From: Paraspadella gotoi
Taxonomy: Eukaryota > Animalia > Chaetognatha
NCBI GenBank assembly: GCA_051294375.1
Contig: CM119271.1
Location: 304,721-368,720 of the forward strand
DNA: 64,000 nt
Reading direction: 5' to 3'
Of this stretch, positions 37,401 to 49,833 are shown one piece after another. Under the pieces are notes generated by a model. That model did no database searches. It was not told where the DNA came from and worked only from the letters and a program-made list of their open reading frames with translations. Position 1 is the first letter of the stretch. Every line of letters starts with the position of its first letter. The position numbers and the translations under genes are program-made.

Positions 37401-38697
37401 GGCTTGCAGAACAGGCAACTGTGTGGTGCCCCGGAACAGAAAAGCAAAGAATGAAGCGCTTGAGTGACCTCAAAGGCACGGTCTCCAAAATAGTACGCCG
37501 TGGAGGGCAGAGAACTGGACAGAAATGTCTTGAGATCCAAAGGGGCAGCGTCGACCACCATGCGCCGACCATGAGGCAGAGAGCATCAGCGACAGAAAGA
37601 AGAGCATGAGCGGAACAACATCGAACTGACCAGCAAGGCAACTTTCCGAAGCAGGCGGAGAAGAAGCATCCGACCAACTTTTGACACGTGCGTTGGCGGT
37701 GCACACATCCACACATCCCATGACGTCGTCCTGGCCAACTAAGCAAGTCTCTCCACTGGCCCAGCCTAGAAGAGCTGGCGCAGGAGGCGGTGGCGAAGGC
37801 AAAGACATGAGGGGAAACGAGATAAAAAAAACTCGCGCCTCTGTCAAAGCGGTGTGTACTGGAGCAGGCGAAGGGGCGAAATGTAAATTTGCCCCCAGCG
37901 GCCACACACGAGGAGACACGGGGTACGGACTGGCAAGGGAGCGAAAACTTTATGTCCAAGCGAAAAGTTTATGTCAAACACTCCCCCTAACGGCAGGCTA
38001 AGGGAAGACAACGGCACCGTGTAGACGAAAAGGTAGGCTAGGGAGTGAAACTGCACTCTCTAACGGCCGTGTGTCGAAGAATAAACCTGTATTCTGTGAA
38101 ACTAAAAACGAAAAATAATTTGCAAAATTAATTCAAAAAATATTTTCGAAAAAAAGCCGGGAGACTGAGCGCGAAAGCGCGAACAGAAGAAGTGATTCTG
38201 TCTCGTGGCAGCGCGCTGAGGTAGTGGAGGGGAGGGGGAAGAGAAGGGGAGGGGGAAGAGAAGGGGAGGGGGAAGAGAAGGGGAGGGGAAGAGGAGGAGA
38301 TCCTCTTTCGTTTTCTTGTCTGGAGATGTGTTTTGCTGAGCAGATGTTGGTGGGGAAAAACGACATGATAGAACTCGACTCGTTTTTTAATTCTTTTTCA
38401 ACCTTTTTTTTCCCTTCCCGATAAATACTCTTCCCTCGCCGAAACTCTCCGACGTAGACCCCATTCCCAGTACATACCTTTGTGCAGCTCCTTCTCCTTC
38501 TTGAAGACCTTGGAGGTCTCCTCCTCGATCCTCTTGTCGCCGAATTGGCAGATGGCGAGGACGGAGGCGCCGTCGACGCAACGCGACACGACTTCCGCCA
38601 GAATCTTGTTCGTCATCTCCGACGCCATCTTGTATTTGGTGACGACGGAATCCGTAGATATCGTCTGCTCTTCCTCGTCCGACGAATGATCCCCCAT
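33960..38697 (-). CDS. PA2G4: Proliferation-associated protein 2G4 (Ebp1)
   Basis: [93 protein letters not shown], Lys-rich tail. Confidence 0.95.
37068..38373 (-). other. GC-rich intronic segment closed by a ~90-bp imperfect inverted repeat; candidate structured intronic RNA
   Basis: Arms at 37068-37154 and 38282-38373 with a perfect 27-bp core. Several mismatches resolve as G-U pairs on the minus (PA2G4 sense) strand. Confidence 0.55.
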
Positions 38698-39572
38698 ATT
38701 TCTTTTAGTTTATGTTACGTGTGTTTTAATTTTTTTTGTTTTTAAAAATTTTAATTTTAATGTTGTTGTATGTAGTTTTTCACGTCTTTTTTCTTAACGT
38801 ATTTTAAAAGGTCGAATTAATTTTTCTTTTTTCTTTCTTGACTTATGTATATTTGTTCTCACCAAGAAACTCTTAGGGAAAAATCTTTACAAAAATACAA
38901 AAATTCCTTTTTTGGCCCTGAGAGAGAAGAAGAAAAAAAAACAAGCGTTTGTAAGGAACGGGCTTGACAATTTAATAAGAGGACTGGAATTGCTGTTCGC
39001 GGAATAAATAAAGAGTAAAGATTTGTTGCTACCCACTCTCTGTAGTAGAAATATGATCCTGTTATCGCAATGTCCAATTAAAAATCTGAGGTGAACTGTA
39101 GCGCAAGTTTGTCATCGGCTTCAAAACATCAAATACGCGCGTAAATACCAAAATGGATTATTGCTAAAATTGTGAGGTCCCTCCGTAAGACGAAACAACA
39201 GTTTAATAGAAGCGTCAAAAAGGTACGCGAGGAAACGATAACTAAGACAACAAATTAGCTAGACCCTTTTAAGTTTATTGGTAGACAACACCCATAAAAA
39301 TCACCACATTACACGTTTACTTAAAGACGAATTTAACCGAAAACCCAAAATAATAAAGGGAAAAAAAGAGGAAAAAACTGGAATAACCGAATTATATTCA
39401 ATTGGTAATATACAGTAACTAAATATAAATACTATCTATAACTAACGAGAGAACAATAAGGGGCATGGAAGAAAAAAACTTTCCGCGATGAAGCGATGAA
39501 AAAAAAAAACAGCAGCCAAAAAGCAAAAATAAGGGCGCCACAATTTTAACAATCTGCTAGTCTCCTTTTTAA

Positions 39573-39603
<31 letters not shown>

Positions 39604-39827
39604 GGAAATGAAATGAACGATGCCATCACAGGAACGAGGAACGTAGAATACGAAAAAAAGGTTCTAGATTCAAGCCAACTTAGCGAGAGAAAAAAGCCAC
39701 GACACTATTCAATAACATCACAGGAAAGCAGCCAATCAGAAACAAAAACAAAACAAATAAAACAAAAGGCGCGCAAGGTGAAAAAAAAACAGTAGGGGTA
39801 GAGAAGAAAAAAAACACGGAAGAACTT

Positions 39828-42740
39828 TTAAGCGAATTTCGCGATCACAGATTTTGCACCGAGTTGAACTTTTTCCTCCTCGTTGTCGACGAAGGCCTCG
39901 ACGAGAGGCAACAACGCCTCCCTGCGACGGCGGACGAGTTGCTCGATCGGTTCTCGCTTCCCGCAAATAACCAAGAGAGTGAAGACGTTGGCGAGCGTCT
40001 CGGGAGTGACGACGGGTTGCGGAGGTGTCGCTTCCTCCTCTTCCTCTCCGGCAGCGGCGGCGGCAGCACGCGCCGTCTTTAACAGCCCCTCCAACCTGTC
40101 CAGCATCGGATCCACGAATTCACGTAGCGCCTGATGCGGCAGAGAGTCGAAGATGAGCGTGAGGGAGATGAGCGCCTCGTTGCGCATCACCGTGTGTTGC
40201 GAGCCGATCATGTTTATGAGGTAAGGCACGGCGCCGTGACTCGTCACGACCTCCATCACCTTAAGGGGAGATGAGAAAGATTTGAGGATCGATAGACTTT
40301 GTTATAAATATTGATGATGGAGACAATTTATCAATTACAAATTTTTTTATTTTTTTTTACTAAATTATCAACTAGGAAATTTAACAATTATCAATTTATC
40401 AAATATCAATTCATCAATGAATTAAGAATTCGTACCTCCTGCGCTCTGGAGTTCTTGACGAGCCAGGCGAGCAGCCTGGACGCTTCGGCCTGAATCCCCG
40501 GCAAGGCCTCCACTCCGCTCCACCTGACGACGATCTCAACGAAAGTTCCGTTCTTCCCCAGCGCCGTCGCCGCGCTGGACTGATCGTCCACCAACATCCT
40601 CACCAGCCCCAGCAGCTTAAACTGGATCTGCGAGATTGGCGACTTGAAAATGGGCAGCACCGTCCCTAAAATGCCGCCGTCAAGTAGAGCCTTCTTGTTC
40701 TCCGGCGGAATGGCCAAGTTCCGTAGCGTGGAGAGGACGGCGTGCTGCATCGCCTCTGGCTTCTCCAGCGGATTTGTCTTAAGCAGATCGACGAGGCGAG
40801 CGGCGACGCCGACCTCGACCAGCTTTTCGCAATTGTCGTCGTTGCGAGCGAAGTTGCCGATGATGAGCACGCCGGCGGTTTGGAGTTGCTCGTGACTGGA
40901 GCTGAGCCAATCGACGGCTGCGCGGAAGACGGCGCCCTCGCCGCCGGCGTACATCTTGGCCATGGCAGCGTCGCCGGTGACGAGGACGATTACCAGATCC
41001 GCCGCAGTTTTGCTCAGCGAACGGCGCTCCTCTTCCGCCTAGACAAAGACAGCGTCGTAAAAGTGATTTGCTCAAAATCTTTAATTTGAGTAAGGTCGGA
41101 AACTAATTCGAACATTTCAAAGATGGTTTGAAAATATCAATAATGATTGATTCGTTATTAACTAACAGTTATTAACTCGTTCCTCTTTCAGTGTCAGAAT
41201 ACTTCGTTCTTGGTCACATTTGATAGCGGCCCCAGTTCGTCTTCTCTCAAATCCAAACATTAGATTGTTGCAGTTTTCTATTGGGCCTTATATGATTTGC
41301 CCCGTCGGAGTATCCCCAACCTACTCCGATTTGTATGGCGTTATCCACTTTCACGCTCGCAAAATTCTCCGCTCCCAACGCACCTGCAGATCGAACCCGG
41401 GCGCGTCGTCGCAGCCTAGTGCGACAACCTGCACGAGCCTCTCGCAAAAGGCCTCCTCCGCCGCCAACTGTTCCTTGACGGCGTCTTCCTCGCCCAACTG
41501 GGTCAGCAATTCGAAGAGCGACTCGATGGCGTCGTGGTCTTCGGCAAGGACATCGATGCAGGTGGCGAGACGGACGGCGACGCCGGACTCGACGCATCGG
41601 GTCAGTCCGGCCGGAGTGTCGGAGAGGCCTCCCAAGCAGAGGACGAGAGTCTGGACGAGTTCCTCGTCGGTGTTGAAGGCGGAGAGGTAAGAGTCGATGA
41701 GGGCGACGGCGCCGGCGGAGACGCTTTTCTCTTGCAGCGGCTCGTAGGTGTTGGTCAGGTTGAGCAAGCAGCCCGCCATCATGCGGCGAAGCTTGGAAGC
41801 GTCGTCGGCTTCGAATTAAGGGGAAATTGTAAAATTGTTAAATGGTTAAATTTAAATGATGCGACCGAGAATCTTTTGCCCAGTAACGCATTTTAATTAC
41901 TAATAACTAACTAATAACTACAATTGGATGAAATATAAAAATGAATTCGCGCTTTTCCCCAAATAAATTCTTTCAATAAATTTCGCCTTCATCTACAAAA
42001 AGAACGGTGTCCGTAAACGTGCTTCCCAGCCAAACAATGACACATATCAATCAGCTCGATCCTACCCCTCCCCCCGCCCAATCTCAACCCCCGATTCCCT
42101 TTCCCCTTTCCTACTCACCGTCCAACTCCTCGACGGCCTCCGGTCCGAATCTCCTCATCAAATCCATCAACTTGTTGAGCCCGCCGGCGGCCTCCACCGC
42201 CTTCCTGGCGGGGTCGCAATCGAAGCAGACGTTGCCGACGGCGCGACAGGCGTGAGTGCGGATAAGTTCGCCCTTGGAGTCGAGATCGAAAGCGGCGACG
42301 AGTGGCGCCATGACTCCGCAATCCGCGCAGATCTCGCGCATGTCCTCGATCTTCGCCACTTCGGCGACAATCTGCGCCACGCGGACGGCTCGCATGATGT
42401 TGTTGGGCGGGGCCCCGTTGAGGAGATGAGCGTCCTCTCCACCAACGGCGCCGCCCCCGTTGAGGCCGTCGTAGCCGTTCGACGGAGCGCCGCGTTTGGA
42501 GACGTAGTTGGCGAGCACGAGCCCCAGGGAGCGGAGGGTGCCCTCCTCGACGACGAGGGTCGTAGCGGTCTCCGGGTCGAGAAGATCGGGGTTTTCCTTG
42601 ATCTGACTGACGAAGCGCTGGAGTTCTTTGAGGACGTCATCGACGTCGTCGTCGTCGTAGCCGGACTCGACGCAGCGTTTGAGGTCGCGAGAGGCAGAGA
42701 CAAGGGCGGGCAACTCCGCCGCTGAGGATGAGGCTTCCAT
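39828..42740 (-). CDS. RAP1GDS1: SmgGDS / Rap1 GTP-GDP dissociation stimulator 1 (armadillo repeats)
   Basis: ACRAVGNVCFD, AGCLLNLTN, DLVIVLVTGDAAM, IGNFARNDDNC, HAVLSTLRNLAIP, IQFKLLGLVRMLVD, EASRLLAWLVKNS, MRNEALISL. Confidence 0.9.
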
Positions 42741-44859
42741 GGGTTGAGATTGACCTCTCGTGGGAGAGAGAGAATAAAAGGCGCGAAGGCGCGGGTTGTT
42801 CTCGTCTTTTCTCCTTCTTAGGAGCGACTGTCTATATCTCCTTTTAAAGGATCATGTCTCTCACTTTAAGTTAAACTCAATTTCTCAATCTCAGTTTCCC
42901 GAGTTCTGTCTGAAATAAGGATATATAGGTTTATTAAAATCTAAGTGAAATCAGGAGGTACATATTACATATATTTTATTAGAAGCGTGAAGGGTGAATA
43001 TATACAAGGGGAAAAAATCTTCTTTAATGACGAATCACGATTCGCTCGAAAAACGAGAAGTGATTTGAAAAAAAAACTTATGCAAGGGAAAGAAGACACT
43101 GGACAAAAAAAAGAGAAACGTGATAAATGCTGATTAACTAATTATGCAGCTGGTTACGCGGCATCGCTAAAAAAAAAAAAAAAACTATTACGAACATGCG
43201 CCGACCATATAAACTAAATACAATGAGAAAGAGAGATGAAAGAGTGAGAACTTTAATGAAAAGTTCAAGGTAGTAGGAAAAGTGAAATGTGTGTGTGGTT
43301 TTTTTTGTTTGTTAAATTTCGATAAATACGGATTGTATTTTCTCTCTTACGTAAAAAAAAACAAAAAACCGGTCGCTAAGCGACGGGCAAGAGAGTAGAT
43401 TCAAATAATAATTCATTGATAACGTAGTACCGAGGTTGAATAGCGAAACGAAAACAAAAAAGCTTACACAGTCGAATTCTGTATAGACAAAATTGTTAAA
43501 TTGACGCGAATCTTGCGAAGTTACGCGAATTAACTGGTTCTCGAATGAATACAGGGTTACCATCGGAAAATAAGAAAAAAATCACGAATTTTACCTTTTT
43601 TTTGGAATACGCCATTACATTATTACGGGAATACGTGAGAGGAGAATTCGACGCGTTGAACCAACAATAGATTTCGTTATTCAGTTACAAAGTCGTCGAA
43701 CTCAAATCATAACAAAAATCACTATACAACAGTAAAAAATGACCATTGACCATTTCAAATAAAAAAAAAAAAAATTATCTATAGACCAAAACAAAAAAGT
43801 ACTAACGAGGCCAATTAAATAAGGCCAAACCAACTTTGATTAGTTCAAACAAAAAAAACTGTCTTGTTTTAAATTTAGTAGAGCTTATTAAAACTATTTC
43901 GTAGGAAAATAAATCTAATTGACATGATCAAAATAATTCAACGATTGCATTTCAACTTAAAACATTGAAGATCAATAATATTTACACCTTTTTATAACTT
44001 GCAGCCAAATAGTTTGGGGATAAAGGTCAGATTAGAATAACATAATAATACTACGAAAACAAAGAATTACAAAAAGCTCTTACCCCAATCGTATTTTCTG
44101 ACAAGTCATCAGAGGTGATAACGTGCGAATCTTAGGAGACATTTTCAGTTTCTATCATAAGCATAAAAGGCAGAACGAACGAGGATAAATGTCAAATAAG
44201 AAAAGCCCCCAAAAAGAAAGGGATAAAATGAAGCCTTTATATTTTCAATCTCTCCCCATTCTCTCCCATTCCATCTCCATTCTTGGGCCGATTTCGATGA
44301 CGTCGATCGAAAAAGTTCCACAAAGAATTAAAAACTCTCGTGAATTTAAAACCGTAAATAATGGACTAAATTATCGAGACAGCTTTGAACAGGTAAGAAT
44401 TAGAAAAAGAAAAGGTTGTTATTTGTATATTGGGGCCACACATTTATCCTCGCCCGTAATGACATCGATAAACATTTGACAACAGAAAAGAAACTCAATT
44501 ACCTCATTTTTCAAAAAAAAAAAAAAAAAAAAAAAAAAAGAAAACCCAGATCGCTATACATTCCGTTTGTTTTTTAAAGTTTATTCATTTGTCTTTGTTT
44601 TAGTTTCGGTTTTTTTTTTTTTCCATTCGTCTTGAAAAAATTGTTTTTCATTTCCAAGCCAGGGACACCCAAACCAATTACAAAACCACCCCCCCAAGCA
44701 ATACTTGACGCCACGCTCATTCCCCCATCGCGTCCGCCGCACACCCCGTTTTTGTCCCCCGTTTTGTCCCCCGTTTTTGTCCCCCCCTCTCTTTCTCCTA
44801 CAACAACGACCGCACCTCCTCCGTTTCGCGTTTTTGTTTTTCTCACGATTATTTTATTT

Positions 44860-46192
44860 TTATCGATGCGACCGAAAATGCTTGCTCAACGATATCTTCT
44901 GAGATGTCGTAAACTCGCACAGGTGGCACCTGTAAATCTCCTTGCCCTCGTGGAGCCTGAGGTGCCGGGTGAGGTTGCCCTTGATCGCGGTGGAGTAGTC
45001 GCAGAGGTTGCAGCAGTAGGGTTTCCCTTCCACCATGCCGCCCGCCCCCGCCGCCATGGCGTAGTGCTTGTCCACGGCGTCGAAGTCGTGCAACTGCGCG
45101 GGGGTTGAGACAAAGGTTTGTTAACATTTTTGTAATTGCATAACTCGGTACATTTCATCTCCGCGATCAACTCACCGAAGGCCTCACCTGTCCGCTAGAC
45201 ACAGAGACTGGAGAGAAACTCGCTTCCTGATCGGTGTGGTTCTTCATGTGCGCCATCAGAGGCCCCTTTTCGCAGGCCGCGTACTCGCAGTACTTGCACT
45301 TGAAGGGCTTCTCCCCCGTGTGTGTGCGGAGATGCTTCACGAGAGAGCCCTTCGTCGAAGCCGAATAGACGCAGACGTTGCATCGAAACGGCTTCTCCCC
45401 CGTATGGGTGCGCAGGTGCGAGGTCAGCGGTCCCTTTTCGGCGGACGCGTATTCGCAGTAAATGCATTTAAACGGCTTCTCGCCGGTATGCGTGCGTAGG
45501 TGCTTGGTGAGGGAGCTTTTGATGGAGGCGGCGTAAGCGCAATAGTTGCACTTGAACGGTTTCTCTCCCGTGTGCTTGCGGGTGTGGGTCGTGAGCGCCC
45601 CCTTCTCGGCCGAGGCGTACGGACAATAGTTGCACTTGAAGGGCTTCTCGCCCGTGTGGATGCGGACGTGCTTGGTGAGATCGCCCTTGGCCGAGGCCGA
45701 GTAGTCGCAGAGGTTGCATTGAAAGGGCTTCTCGCCGGACTCGCCCCTCTCCGACTTGGCGCGCTTCTTCTCCGCCGGCGGGAAGTGGAGGCGCTGGACG
45801 AGGCTTTCCTTCTGTATGAAGTACTTGTCTCCTCCGCCTCCGCCGCCGTCGGCGCCCTTAGCGTCCATCGGGAGCGAGCCCATGGGAAGCCCCTCTTCCT
45901 TCAGCTTGCGCTTGTGGGGCGGCAGCTGCTGCGGGGCGCCGTGGTGAGGATGCGGCTGATGCTGCGGATGTTGCGGCTGAGGTGGAGGCGGCGGCGGCTG
46001 CGGCTGCATGTGGTGGTGCGGCGGAGGTTGATGATGCTGAGGTGGCGCCTGATGATGCTGCGGTTGGTGTGGGTCAGAATGCATCATCTTGGGCGCCGTC
46101 CCGGGCAGATGGGGAGGCGGCGGCGGGGGCGTCACATGATAGTGGCCTCCGTCCATCTTGGGAAACCCGAGGAGAGGAATTTCCAGCATCAA
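44860..46192 (-). CDS. C2H2 zinc-finger transcription factor (Pro/Gln/His-rich N-terminus, 8 fingers)
   Basis: Six TGEKPF-linked fingers in exon about 45188-46192, spliced in phase 0 to exon 44860-45093 with two more fingers. The start codon is uncertain. Confidence 0.88.
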
Positions 46193-46735
46193 AAATGTTG
46201 GCGTATCCAGCGTGACGACAGGGTGGGGGGTTTAAGAGTTCCCTTGTTCGGAAAAATGAGGAAAAAAACCGCGGATCACCTGTAGAAAAAGGTTTTTTTT
46301 TTTAAAGTCAGGGATGGGCGGAAAATTTAAAAAAAGGGAACGAGTAACAATGTAATCGTTTGCAGCTTTTTGCGGACAACGAAACAACGAAAGAACGGAT
46401 CCGAAAAAAAAACGGGAACGGGAGACGAGGAAAAAAACTGTTTTGACTTAAAAATAATTGGGGGGGAAAAAAGGCAAACCAACCGAGGAATTAATAATAA
46501 TAATCCCGTTTAAATTTCACTTTAAAAAACGTTCATCCAGCGCAGGGGTATCTCTCACGCAAGACACTTATATATCCTCCTATTACAAGCAAAAGAAAAC
46601 AAGAAGGGAAAGAAAAAAAATTGAACGAAAAATTTGCGGCCAAAGACTTTTTTTCCCGTCGCATTAAAAAAAGATCACAGAGATTGAAAAATCGAAAAAA
46701 TGAGGAGAAGAGTCCGAGTTGCAATTTCCATTGTT

Positions 46736-47460
46736 TCAAATGATAATTTCCAAGGCGCGGGCGTATTCGACGGCGGTTTCGGCCAGGTTACGTGAGGGAA
46801 TCGTCTCTTCCTTCTTTTCTTCCTTCGGAAATTCGAAGGCCTCGTCCCTGACGACCCAACCTGGAGGACGTGGGGAAGGTGGTAGTAGTAATAATCAACT
46901 AAAGAATTCAATAAATAAAAAAATGTAACCATTTCAAAATTAGGTTATTTTCCATTTGAGAGACAACAGAATTCTTCGAACGACGAATAGAATAAAATCC
47001 AATCGTGGCCAAAACCAATGCACATTTCTTCCCCAACCTCCCTTTCACAGACGTACCCCGCTTGTCGGCGTAAGAGCGAAGTTCGGTGCCGTGTTTGCTC
47101 GGGTCAAGCAGGAGCATCTTAGCGGCGACTTTGACGGAGAGTTTGACGTAGGAGGCCTCCATGCAGGAGGCCATCTGGTCGCGGATCGACTCGAAGAGAA
47201 GATCGACGAAAGGCTGATAGTTGTCCGCTGGGAGGTTTTGGAACTGTTTGAAGATCTGATGGTTGAGTAAAGAGGAGTGGGGGAGATATAAGTTGATGAG
47301 ACGGTTCGACATAAGTAGGAAGATCAATTTAGACTATTCTATTTTTGCGCTGATAAAGCCTTATATCTAAGACGAACCATGTCTGTTTACGTTATCAAAA
47401 ATTGTGTTAAAATTTGTTGACTTTAAAATTGATTAAGGGACAAAATGATCATTTTGGTTG

Positions 47461-47514
<54 letters not shown>

Positions 47515-48439
47515 CGTCAATAACAAACGCAAAGTGCCCCAATTCTCACTCAAAACGTTCAAAACTAATAACATCCTTAACCCACCTTTTCACCCCGCCT
47601 CGCCTTTTCACTAAATTATACAATTTTCATTAAATTATATCACGACAATTTACCACGCTTCTTTCACCTTATTATAAGATCCCTGCATGAGATACTCCTC
47701 GTACTCTACGGGGAACTTGAGGAAGGCGTTGCCGCGAATCTCCTCCAGGTTCAGCAGCTGGAGTTCGAGGTGAAACTCGGCCAGGCGATTCTGAGCGAGC
47801 AGGTGGAGCAGGTAGAGGCCAAGAACGTGAGGTCGGTTGGGGGAATCCGGCAGGCGGTGATGGGAGGCGTAGTCTTGATAGTAGCTCCGCAGTTGCGCCA
47901 TGTAGCGCTCGAAGGAAGCGACGTCGCGGCGCTCGATCGAGTAGAAGGCGCCGATCTCGAGAATATCGCGGGTCATGAGGAGTTCCTGAAGAGAAGGTTT
48001 CGTTTCGTTTTCAGGGACAATAAATCTCTCTTTGATTAGCGCTAACGATCCCTATATCCTGAAACCTAACCTATATTATCCAACAACTAGTATCTCAAAC
48101 CTCAACATAGTCGACCTCAAATTCAAATACAAAAACCAACATAACCATTAACCAATCCTTAACCCAGGGGAGCCTGTCCAAAGTCAGGGGCAAGATAGGA
48201 AGATTGTTCTCGCCTTTGGACTCAAGACATGCTAGATTATATCTTGGTCCAATTTACACACTCACAACGCTGGAGACTTTAGCGTCGACGGAGCTGGGAA
48301 TGAAGGCGAGTCCGGTGAGGGCGACCTTGAGTTTAGACAAGAGGTTCCCGCACTTGTCGAGGTCGCGCGGCGTCCCCGCCCATTCCTGCTTCAACAGCCC
48401 GTGTACGTTCTGCACCTCCTTCAGCTGGGGCGACAACAT
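46736..48439 (-). CDS. PSMD8: 26S proteasome non-ATPase regulatory subunit 8 (Rpn12)
   Basis: LDKCGNLLSKLKVAL, RDILEIGA, SFERYMAQL, GLYLLHLLAQNRLAEFHLEL, LMQGSYNKV, SIRDQMASCMEASY, IPSRNLAETAVEYARALEIII. Confidence 0.93.
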
Positions 48440-48719
48440 GGCGCGAAAAGGTAGATGTCCCTTCAGTTTTTCTCTCGGTATTTTGGAAGGGGAAGGGAAA
48501 AAAATCTGGAAACAAATATCTTCGTTTGTGTCAATCTATTTTTAGAAAAGCGAAGATTTTATATGGTTAAAAAGTCCATCTAATAATACTACGAGGACCC
48601 GTAATTTTTGACATCTTTGTAGGCATTATGGCGCCACTTATCATGGGTTTCAGTACGACTGATTTCTCGACCTCTTTTCCCTCTCCGGCTGATCGAGTAC
48701 CGAGTTATTTCAAAATAGC

Positions 48720-48958
48720 GAATTGCCTCACGTCCATCATCGTTCAGCCAATCCAATTGGCTCAGAGGGGAACGCACCATCCCAGGCGTTGCGTTCCATA
48801 CACAGTCCTAACGACTTCCCTCTGCGTTGGCAAAGCGAGACCGTCCTAGGGTAACCGCGCCAGTGACTGGAGGCGTCACTGAGGGTCGGAAGCCCCCAAA
48901 GCCAACAGTGAGATGCCCCATCCCAATGGGCATTACAGGGAACCCAGCTGTTGCCATA
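48720..48958 (+). mobile_element. Solo/partial LTR, family C (related to the TRIM LTR)
   Basis: A-box-like tggctcagagg; cagtgac-tggaggc-gtcactg-agggtc..gcccc module; ends in gttgccata. Confidence 0.75.
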
Positions 48959-49448
48959 GAATCTTCGTTTCTTTCATTTTAACCAAAGACGAATCAGCAA
49001 TCGAAATAAAATTTACGCGGGACAAAGCAAAACGTAGAAAACATAAAAGCGCGAGGAAAACTCGGAAAATCTCGAGAAAAGAATGAAATTCGTTAAATTC
49101 CGATTAAAAACAAAACCCATATTAAGATGGGTTTACCAAATCCGTGTTTTTTATGCTTTTTATGTTATTTTTGTAAAAAGCGGCTGGTCCGAATTCGAGG
49201 CGTCATATGGAAGCTCGAGTAAACAAAAGTTTTTGTTGGCCGCCGCCATTATTTCTTTTTTTCTTTTTTTATTCAAAATCGAGAAGAAGAAAAAGAAGAA
49301 GACGAATTTGATTGAAGCGAAGATCCGGCGGAAAGAAGGAGAAACGAGAAGAAACAAAACGGCAATTCCATTTTAGGGAAGAACTTTTCGAGAAATAATG
49401 AATTAATGAATTGGTCAAAATAAGCACAATAATATTGAGAAGGAAAAT

Positions 49449-49659
49449 ACAGTAGGGTAAATTTTACTTTCGCCGACCGCGGTTTTCGTAGCTTTTGAAA
49501 ATTATTTAAAAATGCTTATTTACAAAAAAATTTAAAAAAATATTACCTAATTACCCTAACCCTAAACCCTCTTGACCGTAAATACCCCTAACCACCCCTT
49601 ACCCTAAACCACCCTTAACCCTAACCCCGGTCAGCGAAAGTAAAAGTAATCCATACTGT
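49449..49659. mobile_element. ~210-bp MITE with internal telomere-like CCCTAA repeats
   Basis: TIR acagtagggtaaattttactttcgccgacc / ggtcagcgaaagtaaaagtaatccatactgt; taccctaaccctaaa repeats inside. Confidence 0.7.
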
Positions 49660-49833
49660 GAATTTTTAGAGGAATATCGCCAATTTTTAAAATAATCCGT
49701 ATTAATTTGTTTTTCCTTCATTTAATAAACATTAAACAAGCTGTCTTTCCTCCCCTACTCCCTCTTAAAGACCCTCCAAGTTTTCAAGAGAATTTCCTTC
49801 ACGAAATAAAGCATCAAAAATCGTGTTCACTGT

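Noticed and set aside
37116-38056. Protein-coding gene or telomerase RNA in PA2G4 intron 1
   Set aside because: The ORFs lack domains and mostly use non-ATG starts. No CUAACCCU-type template or clear H/ACA end was seen.
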